In this document: piece after piece, positions 43,933 to 53,787 of the stretch
How the letters are laid out: each line of letters starts with the position of its first letter
How positions within the stretch are numbered: the stretch's first letter is position 1
Assembly: GCA_001593865.1 (NCBI GenBank)
Contig: LUCB01000003.1
Coordinates: 30,781 to 94,780 of the forward strand
DNA from: Candidatus Bathyarchaeota archaeon B24
GTDB lineage: Archaea; Thermoproteota; CALKCG01; B24
DNA length: 64,000 nucleotides
Direction: 5' to 3'
Notes under the pieces: generated by a model
What the model was told of the DNA's origin: nothing
The model's input: the letters and a program-made list of their open reading frames with translations, nothing else
The model's database searches: none
Position numbers and translations under genes: made by a program

Positions 43933-44907
43933 GTGTTCAACATCTACATAAGTTGCGTAGGAAGTTTTCCGCTTAGCTTCTCGAGGAAGTCTGTCGAGAG
44001 GATTTTAATAGACCTCTACGAGGTGGGGTTAAACTACCCCTGCTATCCTCAGCTTAGGGATTTCATAACCATGTTCCTAGACCCGCTTGCAGCTCAAGGG
44101 CTTCTTGAGAAGAGCGGTTTAAACTATCTCCTCTCCGCTGAGAATTCTAGGAAGCTGAGAAGGTCGGAGATCCCCGTACCCTTGGAAGCGCAGTGGTTTA
44201 TCGAATCCAGGAAGAGGCTGGGTTTCAAGTTTAGAGGTTTGAGGGCTCCTGTCACAGGACCTTTCACGTTAGCCTCTAGGATCTACCCGGTTGGGTCTTC
44301 AGGCTTCCTGGGCAAGACTATGATGAAGGACCTGACCTTCTTAAAAAGTTTAGCCTCGGTTTTATCGCGTTTAATACGGAGGCTTGAGGACCTGGGATAT
44401 ACGCTTATAGTGGTCGACGAGCCGATTTTATCCGTCATCTACGGCGCTAAAGGCTCGATCCTCGGACACAGCGACGAGGATATCTTAAAGGTCTTAAGCA
44501 TGCTTAAGCCTAGGAGGGCTATGTTCGGCGTCCACGTATGCGGTAGGTTATCTCCGGCGCTTTTCAGGCTACTACTGAGGTCCGAGTTTTCTTTACTCGA
44601 CCATGAGTTTAAGACATCACCCGGGAACTTCAGGTCGATAACGGCCGAGGGGCTTAGAGACCACGGGAAACTACTTTCAGTAGGATGCGTATCCTCGAAG
44701 AACACTATGGTCGAGAGCGTCGAGGAGGTTTCGTCGATATTGGCTAAAGCCTTAAGCGTCTACGGCGATAGGGTCTACATGGTTAAACCCGACTGCGGCT
44801 TCGGGGGTTTCGCCGGTTTCTTACCTGAAGAGGAGGCTTATAAGATTAGTCTTAGGAAGCTTAAAGTCATAGTGGAGGCTGTGAAAAAGCTTAATTCTAG
44901 CATCTAG
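43933..44907 (+). CDS. Cobalamin-independent methionine synthase catalytic-domain family protein (single-domain, core-MetE-like)
   Basis: 324 aa. It has the Zn-ligand-like pattern VHVCG ... KPDCGFGG and a URO-D/CIMS-type TIM barrel length. GTG start. Confidence 0.55.
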   Translation: MFNIYISCVGSFPLSFSRKSVERILIDLYEVGLNYPCYPQLRDFITMFLDPLAAQGLLEKSGLNYLLSAENSRKLRRSEIPVPLEAQWFIESRKRLGFKFRGLRAPVTGPFTLASRIYPVGSSGFLGKTMMKDLTFLKSLASVLSRLIRRLEDLGYTLIVVDEPILSVIYGAKGSILGHSDEDILKVLSMLKPRRAMFGVHVCGRLSPALFRLLLRSEFSLLDHEFKTSPGNFRSITAEGLRDHGKLLSVGCVSSKNTMVESVEEVSSILAKALSVYGDRVYMVKPDCGFGGFAGFLPEEEAYKISLRKLKVIVEAVKKLNSSI

Positions 44908-44928
44908 CTAGGTTCAGGGGGTGTTTAG

Positions 44929-45408
44929 ATGGCTAAAGTCTTGGTAACCTACTATTCCCGTGGGGGCAATACCCGTAGGCTTGCTGAGATGTTCGCGGAG
45001 ACGCTTAGAGCTGAGGGTTTAGAGGTGGTTTTGAAGCCTGTCTCAGAGGTGAAGGTTGAAGAGCTTATGGATTACGATGGGATAGCCATAGGCTCGCCGA
45101 CCTACTATGGCCAGATGGCCGCGGAGGTTAAGAAGCTCATAGACGACTCCGTAGCTTTACATGGTAAGCTTGACGGTAAGGTTGGTTTTGCGTTCACGAC
45201 CGCCGGGGGACATGGAACAGGAGGTGAAACCACCTTGCTTTCGATCCTGGAGTCGCTGTTGATACATGGTATGGTCGTTCAGGGAGACCCCGGAGACCTG
45301 CACTACGGTTTGATCGTCAGAGGCAAACCTGGGTCGGAAGACTTGGATAGGATCAGACGTAAGGCTAAGAGGATGGCTCAGCTTATCAGACGGCTTCAGA
45401 CCTCCTAA
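44929..45408 (+). CDS. Flavodoxin-fold protein (WrbA/flavodoxin-like)
   Basis: FMN-binding N-terminus KVLVTYYSRGGNTRRLAE, and GSPTYYGQMAAEVKKLID. Confidence 0.75.
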   Translation: MAKVLVTYYSRGGNTRRLAEMFAETLRAEGLEVVLKPVSEVKVEELMDYDGIAIGSPTYYGQMAAEVKKLIDDSVALHGKLDGKVGFAFTTAGGHGTGGETTLLSILESLLIHGMVVQGDPGDLHYGLIVRGKPGSEDLDRIRRKAKRMAQLIRRLQTS

Positions 45409-45440
45409 CCGTGTTTAAACGACCGCTGATAGAGAGAAAT

Positions 45441-45448
45441 CTTTATTA
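45441..45448 (+). promoter_or_regulatory. TATA-box-like CTTTATTA upstream of rpoH, immediately followed by a 7-bp perfect palindrome (45452..45473)
   Basis: The sequence is aaatCTTTATTAgagGCTACTCgctatcttGAGTAGCgcg. The ATG lies at 45497. Confidence 0.35.
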
Positions 45449-45496
45449 GAGGCTACTCGCTATCTTGAGTAGCGCGTTTCTAAGCGGGTCTAGATT

Positions 45497-45751
45497 ATGG
45501 GCTCCTCTCAGAAGATCAGGTTTGATATATTTAAGCACGAGCTTGTCCCTAAACACAGCATCTTGTCGAAGGATGAGGTAGAAGATCTCCTAAGGAGATA
45601 CCATGTCAAGAAGTATCAGCTCGCTAAGATCATGGCCCGCGACCCGGCTGCGGTGGCCATAGGCGCTAAGCCCGGTGATGTCCTCCGGATCGTTAGGAGG
45701 AGCCCGACAGCCGGTTTAGCTGTATTTTACAGGTTTGTAGTGGAGGGTTGA
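45497..45751 (+). CDS. rpoH: DNA-directed RNA polymerase subunit H (Rpo5)
   Basis: HELVPKHSILSKDEVEDLLRRYHVKKYQLAKIMARDPAAVAIGAKPGDVLRIVRRSPTAG is the canonical RpoH/Rpb5 C-terminal domain. Confidence 0.9.
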   Translation: MGSSQKIRFDIFKHELVPKHSILSKDEVEDLLRRYHVKKYQLAKIMARDPAAVAIGAKPGDVLRIVRRSPTAGLAVFYRFVVEG

Positions 45752-48700
45752 AATTGTACACGCAAGATGATATGTGGATTTTGATGAAAGCCTTCTTCGA
45801 GGAGAAGGGCCTAGTCAGGCAGCATCTAGACTCGTATAACGAGTTCGTCGAGAAGGGGTTACAGCGTGTCATAGATGAGATCGGTGGCGTAGAGGTTCCT
45901 GTCGAAAGCGGGAACCTCTACATAGAGTTCGGTGAGGTTACGATAGGTACTCCTAGGGTCACAGAGGTCGACGGCTCCTTCCACGAGGTCACTCCGCTCG
46001 AGTGCAGGCTTAGAAACCTGACCTATTCTGCACCGCTGTTTCTAGAGATGACGCCTATATTGAACGGTAAAAAGATGACGACCAAGAGTGTCTACATCGG
46101 AAACCTACCGGTCATGCTGAAGTCTAAGATCTGTCCTCTAAGCGATATGAGCAGGGAGGAGCTTCTGGCTATCGGTGAGGACCCTGACGACCCCGGCGGA
46201 TACTTTATAATAAACGGCTCGGAGAGGGTGATAGTTGGCTTAGAGGACCTTGCTCCAAACAGGGTTATCATAGACATCGATAGAAGCGGCTCTAGGCCCG
46301 TCTACAGGGCTAAGGTATTCTCCACGACCGTAGGCTTCAGGACCAGGGTCGAGGTGAAGCTTAAGCCTGACGGAGCGATATACGTTTCGATACCTGGCGT
46401 ATCCGTCGAGCTTCCGTTTGTAGTGGTCATGAAAGCCCTAGGGGTTGAGAAGGACAGCGAGATAGCCGAGATGGTGTCTCTCGACCCGGTTATTATGGGG
46501 CAGCTTGAGCCGTCCTTCGACAAGGCTCCTAGGATAGACAGCGTCGAAAAGGCTATAACCTATATCGGCAACAGGGTCGCCTACGGTCAGGATGAAGCCC
46601 GTAGGAGGCTCAGGGCTTGCATGATCTTGGATAATAACCTTCTCCTACACTTGGGTAGAAGCCCAGATGTCAGGCTTAAGAAGGCTAGATACCTAGCCGA
46701 GATAGCGTGTAGGCTTATTCAGCTTAAGCTCGGCTTAAGAGCCGAAGATGATAAAGACCATTATGCTAACAAACGTATCAGGCTCGCAGGTCCGCTTCTA
46801 GCAGACCTGTTCAGGTCCATATTCCGGGATATGATCAAAGATATGGCCTACCAGCTTGAACGCTTATCGGTTAAGAAGCTTATAGAGGAGTCTGTTAAGC
46901 TCGCTATAAGGCCTGGGATTCTTACTGAGAGGATGCAGCATGCCATAGCCACCGGGAACTGGGGTAGAGGCAGGGTGGGTATAAGTCAGCTTCTGGATAG
47001 GACAAACCTCTTATCTACGCTCAGCCACCTGAGGAGGCTTCAGTCTCCGCTGAGCAGAAGCCAACCTAACTTCGAGGCTAGAGACCTGCATTCGACGCAT
47101 TTCGGCAGACTCTGCCCTGTCGAGACGCCTGAGGGCTCCAACTGCGGCTTGGTGAAGAACCTCGCTTTGATGGCTACTATATCCGTCTCAGCGGATACAG
47201 AGCCTGTTAAAAAGGTATTGATCAGCCTTGGATGTGTCCCGGTCGAGAAGGCCGATAAAGAGACATGCATTAAGGGTATTAAGGTGTATATAAACGGGAC
47301 TGTGAGCTTTTACACCCTAGACCCTGAAGGTCTCGTTAGGAAGTTTAGAAGACTTAGGAGGAAGGGACGTATAAGCCCTGAGGTCAACATAGCATACCTC
47401 GAGGCTAAGAGAGAGGTTCAGGTAAACTGTGACGCGGGTAGATGTAGGAGACCGCTCATAGTCGTCGAGAACGGTAAACCTCTGCTCAAGCCGGAGCATA
47501 TAGATGCTTTGAAGAAGGGGTTGATGAGCTGGGAGGACTTGGTTAAACTCGGCGTCATAGAATATCTGGACGCCGAGGAGGAGGAGAACGCCTACATAGC
47601 CTTGACGCCTAAGGATATAGGGCCTGAGACCACTCACCTCGAGATCTGCCCGCTCACCATACTCGGTATATGCGGCTCTATAATACCGTTCGCCGAGCAT
47701 AACCACTCACCTAGAAACAGCTATGAAGCCGCTATGGCTAAGCAGGCCATAGGGGTATATGCCACCAACTACTTCCTGCGGATGGACTCTAGGGCCCACT
47801 TCTTACACTACCCGCAGAGACCGCTTGTCGAGACCAAGCCCATGGAGATAATGGGCTTCCATAAGAGACCCGCCGGTCAGAACATGGTGGTCGCCGTGTT
47901 GACGATGGGAGGCTATAACATGGAGGATGCGATAATATTCAACAAATACTCTATCGATAGGGGTTTAGCTAGGTCGTCGTTCTTCAGGCTTTATGAGGCT
48001 GAGTGCTACCAGTATCTGGGTGGTCAGCGCGACTCGATCGAGATACCTTCTAGCGGTATGAGAGGGTATAGGGGTGATGAATACTATAGGGTTCTGGAGG
48101 AGGACGGGATAGCCAGCGTCGAAAGCGAGGTCAGAGGAGGAGATGTCATAATCGGTAGAACAAGCCCACCGAGGTTTATAGAAGAGTATAGAGAACTAGA
48201 GGCTAGAGGCCCCTCGAGGAGGGATACATCTGTATCTCTGAGACCCTCTGAGAAGGGCGTCGTGGACGCGGTCATAGTGACCGAGACAGCTCAGGGAAGT
48301 AAGGTTGTGAAGGTCAGGGTTAGGGATAACAGGATACCGGAGATAGGCGATAAGTTCGCGTCTAGACACGGGCAGAAGGGAGTCATAGGTATGATATACC
48401 CCGGCGAAGATATGCCGTTCACAGAGGACGGGATAGTCCCGGATGTCATAATAAACCCCCATGCGTTCCCGTCTAGGATGACGGTCGGCCAGCTTCTGGA
48501 GTCTATATTCGGTAAGGCGGCGGCTCTCATGGGTAGACCCATCGACGGTTCAGCCTTCCAGGAGGAGAGGCTTGAGGACGTAGGCGCTATATTGAGACGT
48601 TACGGCTTCAAACCGAGCGGTAGGGAGATAATGTATAACGGTTTAACCGGTGAGAGGTTGGAGGCTGAGGTATACATAGGCATAGTCTACTATCAGCGGC

Positions 48701-49083
48701 TGCATCACATGGTGGCCGATAAGATACATGCTAGGGCTAGAGGACAAGTTCAGATGCTCACGAGACAACCTACGGAGGGTAGAGCTAGAGGCGGAGGATT
48801 AAGGTTCGGCGAGATGGAGAGAGACTGTCTCATAGGCTACGGCGCGGCTATGTTGCTTAAGGATAGGATGCTTGAGGAGTCTGACAAGTTTGTAGCCTAT
48901 GTATGTGCAAACTGCGGCTTCCTAGCCTACTACGACTCGAGAAGCGGTAGATACGTGTGTAGGCTATGCGGAGATAACGCCCGTGTATACCCGGTCGTAA
49001 TGCCATATGCGTTTAAGCTACTTCTCCAGGAGCTGATGAGTATGTGCGTGGCTCCCAGGCTTATACTGGAGGAGGGCATGTAA
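45748..49083 (+). CDS. rpoB: DNA-directed RNA polymerase subunit B, unsplit (Rpo2)
   Basis: 1111 aa. Motifs include GRLCPVETPEGSNCGLVKNLA, FASRHGQKGV, GGLRFGEMERDCLIGYGAA and the C-terminal Zn ribbon CANCG...CRLCG. The TTG start overlaps the rpoH stop. Confidence 0.95.
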   Translation: MKLYTQDDMWILMKAFFEEKGLVRQHLDSYNEFVEKGLQRVIDEIGGVEVPVESGNLYIEFGEVTIGTPRVTEVDGSFHEVTPLECRLRNLTYSAPLFLEMTPILNGKKMTTKSVYIGNLPVMLKSKICPLSDMSREELLAIGEDPDDPGGYFIINGSERVIVGLEDLAPNRVIIDIDRSGSRPVYRAKVFSTTVGFRTRVEVKLKPDGAIYVSIPGVSVELPFVVVMKALGVEKDSEIAEMVSLDPVIMGQLEPSFDKAPRIDSVEKAITYIGNRVAYGQDEARRRLRACMILDNNLLLHLGRSPDVRLKKARYLAEIACRLIQLKLGLRAEDDKDHYANKRIRLAGPLLADLFRSIFRDMIKDMAYQLERLSVKKLIEESVKLAIRPGILTERMQHAIATGNWGRGRVGISQLLDRTNLLSTLSHLRRLQSPLSRSQPNFEARDLHSTHFGRLCPVETPEGSNCGLVKNLALMATISVSADTEPVKKVLISLGCVPVEKADKETCIKGIKVYINGTVSFYTLDPEGLVRKFRRLRRKGRISPEVNIAYLEAKREVQVNCDAGRCRRPLIVVENGKPLLKPEHIDALKKGLMSWEDLVKLGVIEYLDAEEEENAYIALTPKDIGPETTHLEICPLTILGICGSIIPFAEHNHSPRNSYEAAMAKQAIGVYATNYFLRMDSRAHFLHYPQRPLVETKPMEIMGFHKRPAGQNMVVAVLTMGGYNMEDAIIFNKYSIDRGLARSSFFRLYEAECYQYLGGQRDSIEIPSSGMRGYRGDEYYRVLEEDGIASVESEVRGGDVIIGRTSPPRFIEEYRELEARGPSRRDTSVSLRPSEKGVVDAVIVTETAQGSKVVKVRVRDNRIPEIGDKFASRHGQKGVIGMIYPGEDMPFTEDGIVPDVIINPHAFPSRMTVGQLLESIFGKAAALMGRPIDGSAFQEERLEDVGAILRRYGFKPSGREIMYNGLTGERLEAEVYIGIVYYQRLHHMVADKIHARARGQVQMLTRQPTEGRARGGGLRFGEMERDCLIGYGAAMLLKDRMLEESDKFVAYVCANCGFLAYYDSRSGRYVCRLCGDNARVYPVVMPYAFKLLLQELMSMCVAPRLILEEGM

Positions 49084-49084
49084 A

Positions 49085-52000
49085 ATGATGCTTGAGACGT
49101 ATAAACGTATAGCCGGTATAAAATTCGGCCTGCTCTCGCCGCATGAGATCAGGAAGATGTCTGTAGTTGAGATAAGGACGCCCGACACGTACGACGAAGA
49201 CGGTGTCCCGATACCATCTGGTCTCATGGACGGTAGGCTCGGGACGCTCGAACCGAGGCAGAGGTGCGCCACATGCGGTAACACGGCCGCCATGTGCCCC
49301 GGCCACTTCGGCCATATAGAGCTTGCCGTACCCATAGTTCACGTGGGGTTTGTGAAATACATATACGAGCTTTTAACGATAACGTGCAGAGAATGCGGAA
49401 GGCTTCTGATCCCATCCGATAAGATCGAGAAGCTCAAAGAGAAGATGGAGGAGCTTAAGAAATCCCTCGGAGAGGTTCCCAAGAGGTTTTTCGACAGCGT
49501 CAAATCTGAGGCGAAGAAGAGGTCTGAATGCCCCTACTGCGGTAGCCCTCAATATCGTATAGAGCTTATGAAGCCGACGACGTTTTACGAGCATCAGAGA
49601 GAGGGGGGCGTCATAAGGCTCGACGCAGGCACCATACGAAGCAGGCTTGAGAGAATACCTGATGACGACCTCAGGCTTTTAGGATATGACCCATCATCGG
49701 CTAGACCTGAGTGGGCTATACTGCAGGTTCTACCTGTCCCACCTGTTTACGTCAGACCCTCTATAACTCTTGAAACAGGCATAAGGTCTGAGGACGACCT
49801 AACCCACAAGCTCGTAGATATAATCCGGATAAACGAGAGGCTTAAAGAGGCCATAGCCAGCGGTGCGCCGACTCTTATAAGGGAGGAGCTCTCGGACCTC
49901 CTTCAATACCATGTGACGACCTACATCGATAACGAGGCCCCCGGTATACCCCCGTCTAGACACAGGTCTGGTAGAGCCCTCAAGACCCTCAGCCAGAGGC
50001 TTAAGGGTAAGGAGGGGAGGTTTAGGCTAAACCTGACCGGGAAGAGGGTCGACTTTTCGGCTAGGACCGTGATATCCCCTGACCCGAACCTAGACATCAA
50101 TGAGGTAGGTGTCCCCATAGATATCGCTAAGAGGCTCACGGTTTCCGAGAAGGTTACAGTGTGGAACCTGGAGGAGATGAAGAAGCTTGTCATAAACGGA
50201 CCGGACGTGTATCCGGGAGCCCTGTATGTAACCAGGCCGGACGGTAGAAAGATCAGACTAGACTTCGTAGCCGATAGGAAGAAGCTTGCCGAAAGCCTCG
50301 AGCCAGGCTATATAGTGGAGCGGCATATACGAGACGGCGACATCGCGTTATTCAACCGTCAACCCTCGCTACATAGAATCTCCATAATGGCCCATAGGAT
50401 AAAGGTTCTACCGTACAAGACGTTCAGGCTTCACCTAGCCGTGTGCATACCCTACAACGCGGACTTCGACGGAGATGAGATGAACCTCCACATCCCCCAG
50501 AGCGAAGAGGCTAGGTCTGAAGCCCGGCTACTCATGCAGGTTCAGGACCAGATAATATCTCCTAGATATGGTGCCCCGATAATAGGCTCGACGAGGGACT
50601 TCCTGACGGCTGCCTACCTTCTCACGAGGAAGGACACGTATCTGGATAAGAGGGAGTTTTTCACCCTCCTCGCCGCCATAGATTATGACGGCGAGATACC
50701 TCCGCCTGCTATAAAAGAGCCTGAACCCCTGTGGACCGGTAAACAGGTGTTCAGCCTATTGTTGCCTGAAGATTTTAACTACTTCGGTAGAGCTACGGTC
50801 TGTAAGCATAAGCATACATCTCCGGATGAGGAGTGTCCGCTCGAAGGTGTGGTTGTGGTCAGAAACGGGCAGCTCGTCAAGGGGGTTATAGATAAAAACT
50901 CCATAGGCGCCGAAAGGGCTGAGACGCTCTACCACCGAATAGTCAGAGACTACGGTACGGGTTTCGCAGCCACCTTCCTCAACAAACTCTGCCGGTTACT
51001 CAACACTTTCATAACGATGAGGGGGTTCAGCTTCTCCCTAGACGAGCTTAACCTCCCGGAGAAAGCTAAGGAATCCATAGCCCAAATCCTGAGAGAAGCC
51101 GAGGAGAGGGTTCAGAAGCTTATAGAGGAGTATAACCGCGGTACTCTGAGGAGGATTCCGGGTAGAACCTTGGAGGAGTCGCTGGAGCTTCTGATAATGA
51201 ACGAGCTGTCTAAGGCTAGAGAGCGTTGCGACGAGGTTGCCTCTACGTCGCTAACGATGAGTAACCAGGGGATAATAATGGTTAGATGCGGCGCCAGAGG
51301 CTCCGAGCTTAACATAGGCCACATGACGGCTTGCCTCGGTCAGCAGTCGGTAAGAGGTAGACGTGTCGTATGCGGCTATCTAGATAGAGCTCTGCCACAT
51401 TTCAAATGGGGCGACCAGAGCCCGAAGGCGAGGGGCTTCATCGAGTCATCCTTCTACAAGGGTCTGTCTCCCATAGAGTTCTTCTTCCACTCCATGGCGG
51501 GTAGAGAGGGTCTGGTCGATACGGCGGTTAGAACCCAGCAGAGCGGTTACATGCAGAGAAGGCTTATACACGCGCTCGAGTATCTAAGGGTCGAGTACGA
51601 CGGGACTGTCAGGACGACAGACGGCGAGGTCGTTCAGCTTAGATACGGCGAAGACGGAGTGGACCCATCGAAGAGTGACCACGGTAAAGCCGTGAACCTC
51701 CAGCGTCTGTTGGAGAGGATGAGTCTTAAGGGCTGCGAAACACCTCCCACGCCTGAGGAGTTGGACGAGCTTCTGGAGAAATACCGTCTCAGACTCACAC
51801 CCTACTATATCTCCGAGCTTAGACGTTTGATAATCGATAAACGTCTGAGTCTGGAAGATGCTAGAAAGCTTATAGAGGCGACAGTTGTCGAGTTTGAAAA
51901 CTCCCAGGTCGACCCCGGTGAAGCCGTCGGCGTCGTAACCGCTCAGTCCATAGGTGAACCCGGTACCCAGATGACCCTTAGAGTGTTCCACTTCGCGGGT

Positions 52001-52912
52001 GTAAGAGAGCGGGATGTGACGCTAGGCCTTCCGAGGCTCATAGAGATCGTAGATGCGCGGAAGAAACCGTCCACACCTATAATGACGGTTAAGCTCGACG
52101 AGGAGCATAGGTTCGACAGGGATAAGGCCTTGGCCGTAGCCCAGTCGCTTGTCCACACGGCCATCAGGGATATCGCGGCTAAGGGCGAGTACGAGATAGA
52201 CCTCGACAACGGTGTCGTGAGGGTTAAGATCGATAGGGTCGCTATGAAGAACAGGGGTGTAACAGATGAAGACCTGGAAAGACTCACGCTACCTAACACC
52301 ACTATAGAGTTTACGGGAGATGAGATAGTGGTTAAACCTAAGTCTGCTATGGACCTCCCAGGTCTCAAGAAGCTCGTAGATAAGACGATGAAGCTTCACG
52401 TCAAGGGTGTACCTGGCATCAAGAGGGTTCAGGTGGTCGAGGAGGGTGGAGAGTGGATAATCCAAGTCGACGGTTCAAACTTCAGCAAGGTTATTCAAGT
52501 CCCTGGCGTCGACCCCACTAGGACTATGACAAACAACCTGTATGAGATATATGAGACCCTAGGGATAGAGGCTGCTAGAAACGCTATTATAAAGGAGGCT
52601 AAGGAGGTTTTTGAGGGTATAGGTGGTGGTCTAGACCTCGATATAAGACATCTCATGCTGGTGGCTGATATAATGACGCTCACGGGTAGGATCCGTCAAG
52701 TCGGTAGGCACGGGGTGACCGGTGAAAAGTCCAGCCCCCTTGCTAGGGCTGCCTTCGAGATAACGGTTTCTAACATAGTCGACGCCGCGGTCAAGGGCAT
52801 CATGGATGAGCTGAAGGGTGTCACGGAGAACATAATAGCCGGTCAGGATATGAAGGTGGGTACGGGTATGGTTGATATTTATATGACCCCCAGCTCGTCG
52901 AGGGAGAGGTGA
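49085..52912 (+). CDS. rpoA: DNA-directed RNA polymerase subunit A as a single unsplit ORF (A' and A'' fused; Rpo1)
   Basis: 1275 aa. The A'-type part carries the Zn motifs CATCGN...CPGHFGH and the catalytic YNADFDGDEMNLH. The A''-type part follows with VDPGEAVGVVTAQSIGEPGTQMTLRVFHFAGV and no intervening stop. The junction is at roughly 51.70-51.76 kb. Confidence 0.95.
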   Translation: MMLETYKRIAGIKFGLLSPHEIRKMSVVEIRTPDTYDEDGVPIPSGLMDGRLGTLEPRQRCATCGNTAAMCPGHFGHIELAVPIVHVGFVKYIYELLTITCRECGRLLIPSDKIEKLKEKMEELKKSLGEVPKRFFDSVKSEAKKRSECPYCGSPQYRIELMKPTTFYEHQREGGVIRLDAGTIRSRLERIPDDDLRLLGYDPSSARPEWAILQVLPVPPVYVRPSITLETGIRSEDDLTHKLVDIIRINERLKEAIASGAPTLIREELSDLLQYHVTTYIDNEAPGIPPSRHRSGRALKTLSQRLKGKEGRFRLNLTGKRVDFSARTVISPDPNLDINEVGVPIDIAKRLTVSEKVTVWNLEEMKKLVINGPDVYPGALYVTRPDGRKIRLDFVADRKKLAESLEPGYIVERHIRDGDIALFNRQPSLHRISIMAHRIKVLPYKTFRLHLAVCIPYNADFDGDEMNLHIPQSEEARSEARLLMQVQDQIISPRYGAPIIGSTRDFLTAAYLLTRKDTYLDKREFFTLLAAIDYDGEIPPPAIKEPEPLWTGKQVFSLLLPEDFNYFGRATVCKHKHTSPDEECPLEGVVVVRNGQLVKGVIDKNSIGAERAETLYHRIVRDYGTGFAATFLNKLCRLLNTFITMRGFSFSLDELNLPEKAKESIAQILREAEERVQKLIEEYNRGTLRRIPGRTLEESLELLIMNELSKARERCDEVASTSLTMSNQGIIMVRCGARGSELNIGHMTACLGQQSVRGRRVVCGYLDRALPHFKWGDQSPKARGFIESSFYKGLSPIEFFFHSMAGREGLVDTAVRTQQSGYMQRRLIHALEYLRVEYDGTVRTTDGEVVQLRYGEDGVDPSKSDHGKAVNLQRLLERMSLKGCETPPTPEELDELLEKYRLRLTPYYISELRRLIIDKRLSLEDARKLIEATVVEFENSQVDPGEAVGVVTAQSIGEPGTQMTLRVFHFAGVRERDVTLGLPRLIEIVDARKKPSTPIMTVKLDEEHRFDRDKALAVAQSLVHTAIRDIAAKGEYEIDLDNGVVRVKIDRVAMKNRGVTDEDLERLTLPNTTIEFTGDEIVVKPKSAMDLPGLKKLVDKTMKLHVKGVPGIKRVQVVEEGGEWIIQVDGSNFSKVIQVPGVDPTRTMTNNLYEIYETLGIEAARNAIIKEAKEVFEGIGGGLDLDIRHLMLVADIMTLTGRIRQVGRHGVTGEKSSPLARAAFEITVSNIVDAAVKGIMDELKGVTENIIAGQDMKVGTGMVDIYMTPSSSRER

Positions 52913-52919
52913 GTACCGT

Positions 52920-53234
52920 ATGGTGAACCCAGACAAAGCCATCTATAGCGCGGTTAGAACAGGTAAGGTTGTGTTCGGCTCTAGGAGGTCTTTAAACCTC
53001 CTTAAAACCGGTAAGGCTAGGATGATAATCGTAGCGTCTAATGCCCCAAAAGATTTAAGAATGCTTGTCGATTACTACAGTAAAGGAGCTTCGATACCGG
53101 TCTACGTGTACAACGGTACTAGCATCGAACTGGGCCGCGTCTGTGGTAAGCCGTTCCCGGTTATGATGTTAGCTGTGAGGGATCCGGGTGAGTCGAATAT
53201 AATGGAGTTGGTGGCTGAGAGCTATGAAGAGTGA
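52920..53234 (+). CDS. rpl30e: Ribosomal protein eL30 (L30e)
   Basis: VRTGKVVFGSRRSLNLLKTGKARMIIVASNAP...IELGRVCGKPFPVMMLAVRDPGESNI has the L30e/L7Ae-fold pattern and sits in the conserved position after rpoA. Confidence 0.85.
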   Translation: MVNPDKAIYSAVRTGKVVFGSRRSLNLLKTGKARMIIVASNAPKDLRMLVDYYSKGASIPVYVYNGTSIELGRVCGKPFPVMMLAVRDPGESNIMELVAESYEE

Positions 53235-53664
53235 GGGTGTAAGACTTACGGCTGAAGAGATGGGTCTCATAAATATAGTCGAAAACTTGACCGGAGCAAG
53301 GTGTCGAGACTGCCTGATAGACCCTGAGACCGGTAGGGTAACCTTCATAGTAGAGGAGGGCGACCTACGGCTGGCTCTGGGTAAGAGGGGGTCTAAGGTC
53401 AGACTTCTGAGGAAGCTTCTAAAACGCGAGGTAGATTTTCTAGAATATGCTCCAAGCCCTGAGAAGTTCATAGTTAAATCGCTAGCGCCGGCTAAGGTGA
53501 AAGAGGTTAGGATAACTGAGAGACCGAACGGTGATAAGTTAGCGGTCGTAACCGTCGAGCCCAGAGACAAGGGTATTGCGATAGGTAAAAACGGCAGGGT
53601 CATCGAGAGAGCTAGGAAGCTTGCGAGGAAATACTTCCAGATCAGCCATATAATAGTTGTCTGA
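53224..53664 (+). CDS. nusA: Archaeal NusA-like protein (two KH domains)
   Basis: 146 aa with KH GxxG motifs LGKRGSKV and IGKNGRVI. It occupies the conserved position between rpl30e and rps12. Confidence 0.85.
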   Translation: MKSEGVRLTAEEMGLINIVENLTGARCRDCLIDPETGRVTFIVEEGDLRLALGKRGSKVRLLRKLLKREVDFLEYAPSPEKFIVKSLAPAKVKEVRITERPNGDKLAVVTVEPRDKGIAIGKNGRVIERARKLARKYFQISHIIVV

Positions 53665-53750
53665 AAGCTCTAGGGATAGGCTAAGACCCACCGGCGTGCT
53701 CAGTCTTAGCTTCTAGTGTAAATGTAGGTTCCTGTAACCGACTGTTTAAA

Positions 53751-53760
53751 CTTTAAATAT
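53751..53760 (+). promoter_or_regulatory. TATA-box-like CTTTAAATAT ~28 nt upstream of the rps12 ATG
   Basis: The sequence is gtttaaaCTTTAAATATgggttaaagggcttatggtatccagctATG. Confidence 0.4.
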
Positions 53761-53787
53761 GGGTTAAAGGGCTTATGGTATCCAGCT

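Noticed and set aside
49018-49342. Antisense ORFs spanning the rpoB/rpoA junction (49018..49335, 49061..49342, 49224..49415).
   Set aside because: They lie opposite extremely conserved RNAP coding sequence. Their composition is typical of reverse-frame artefacts.
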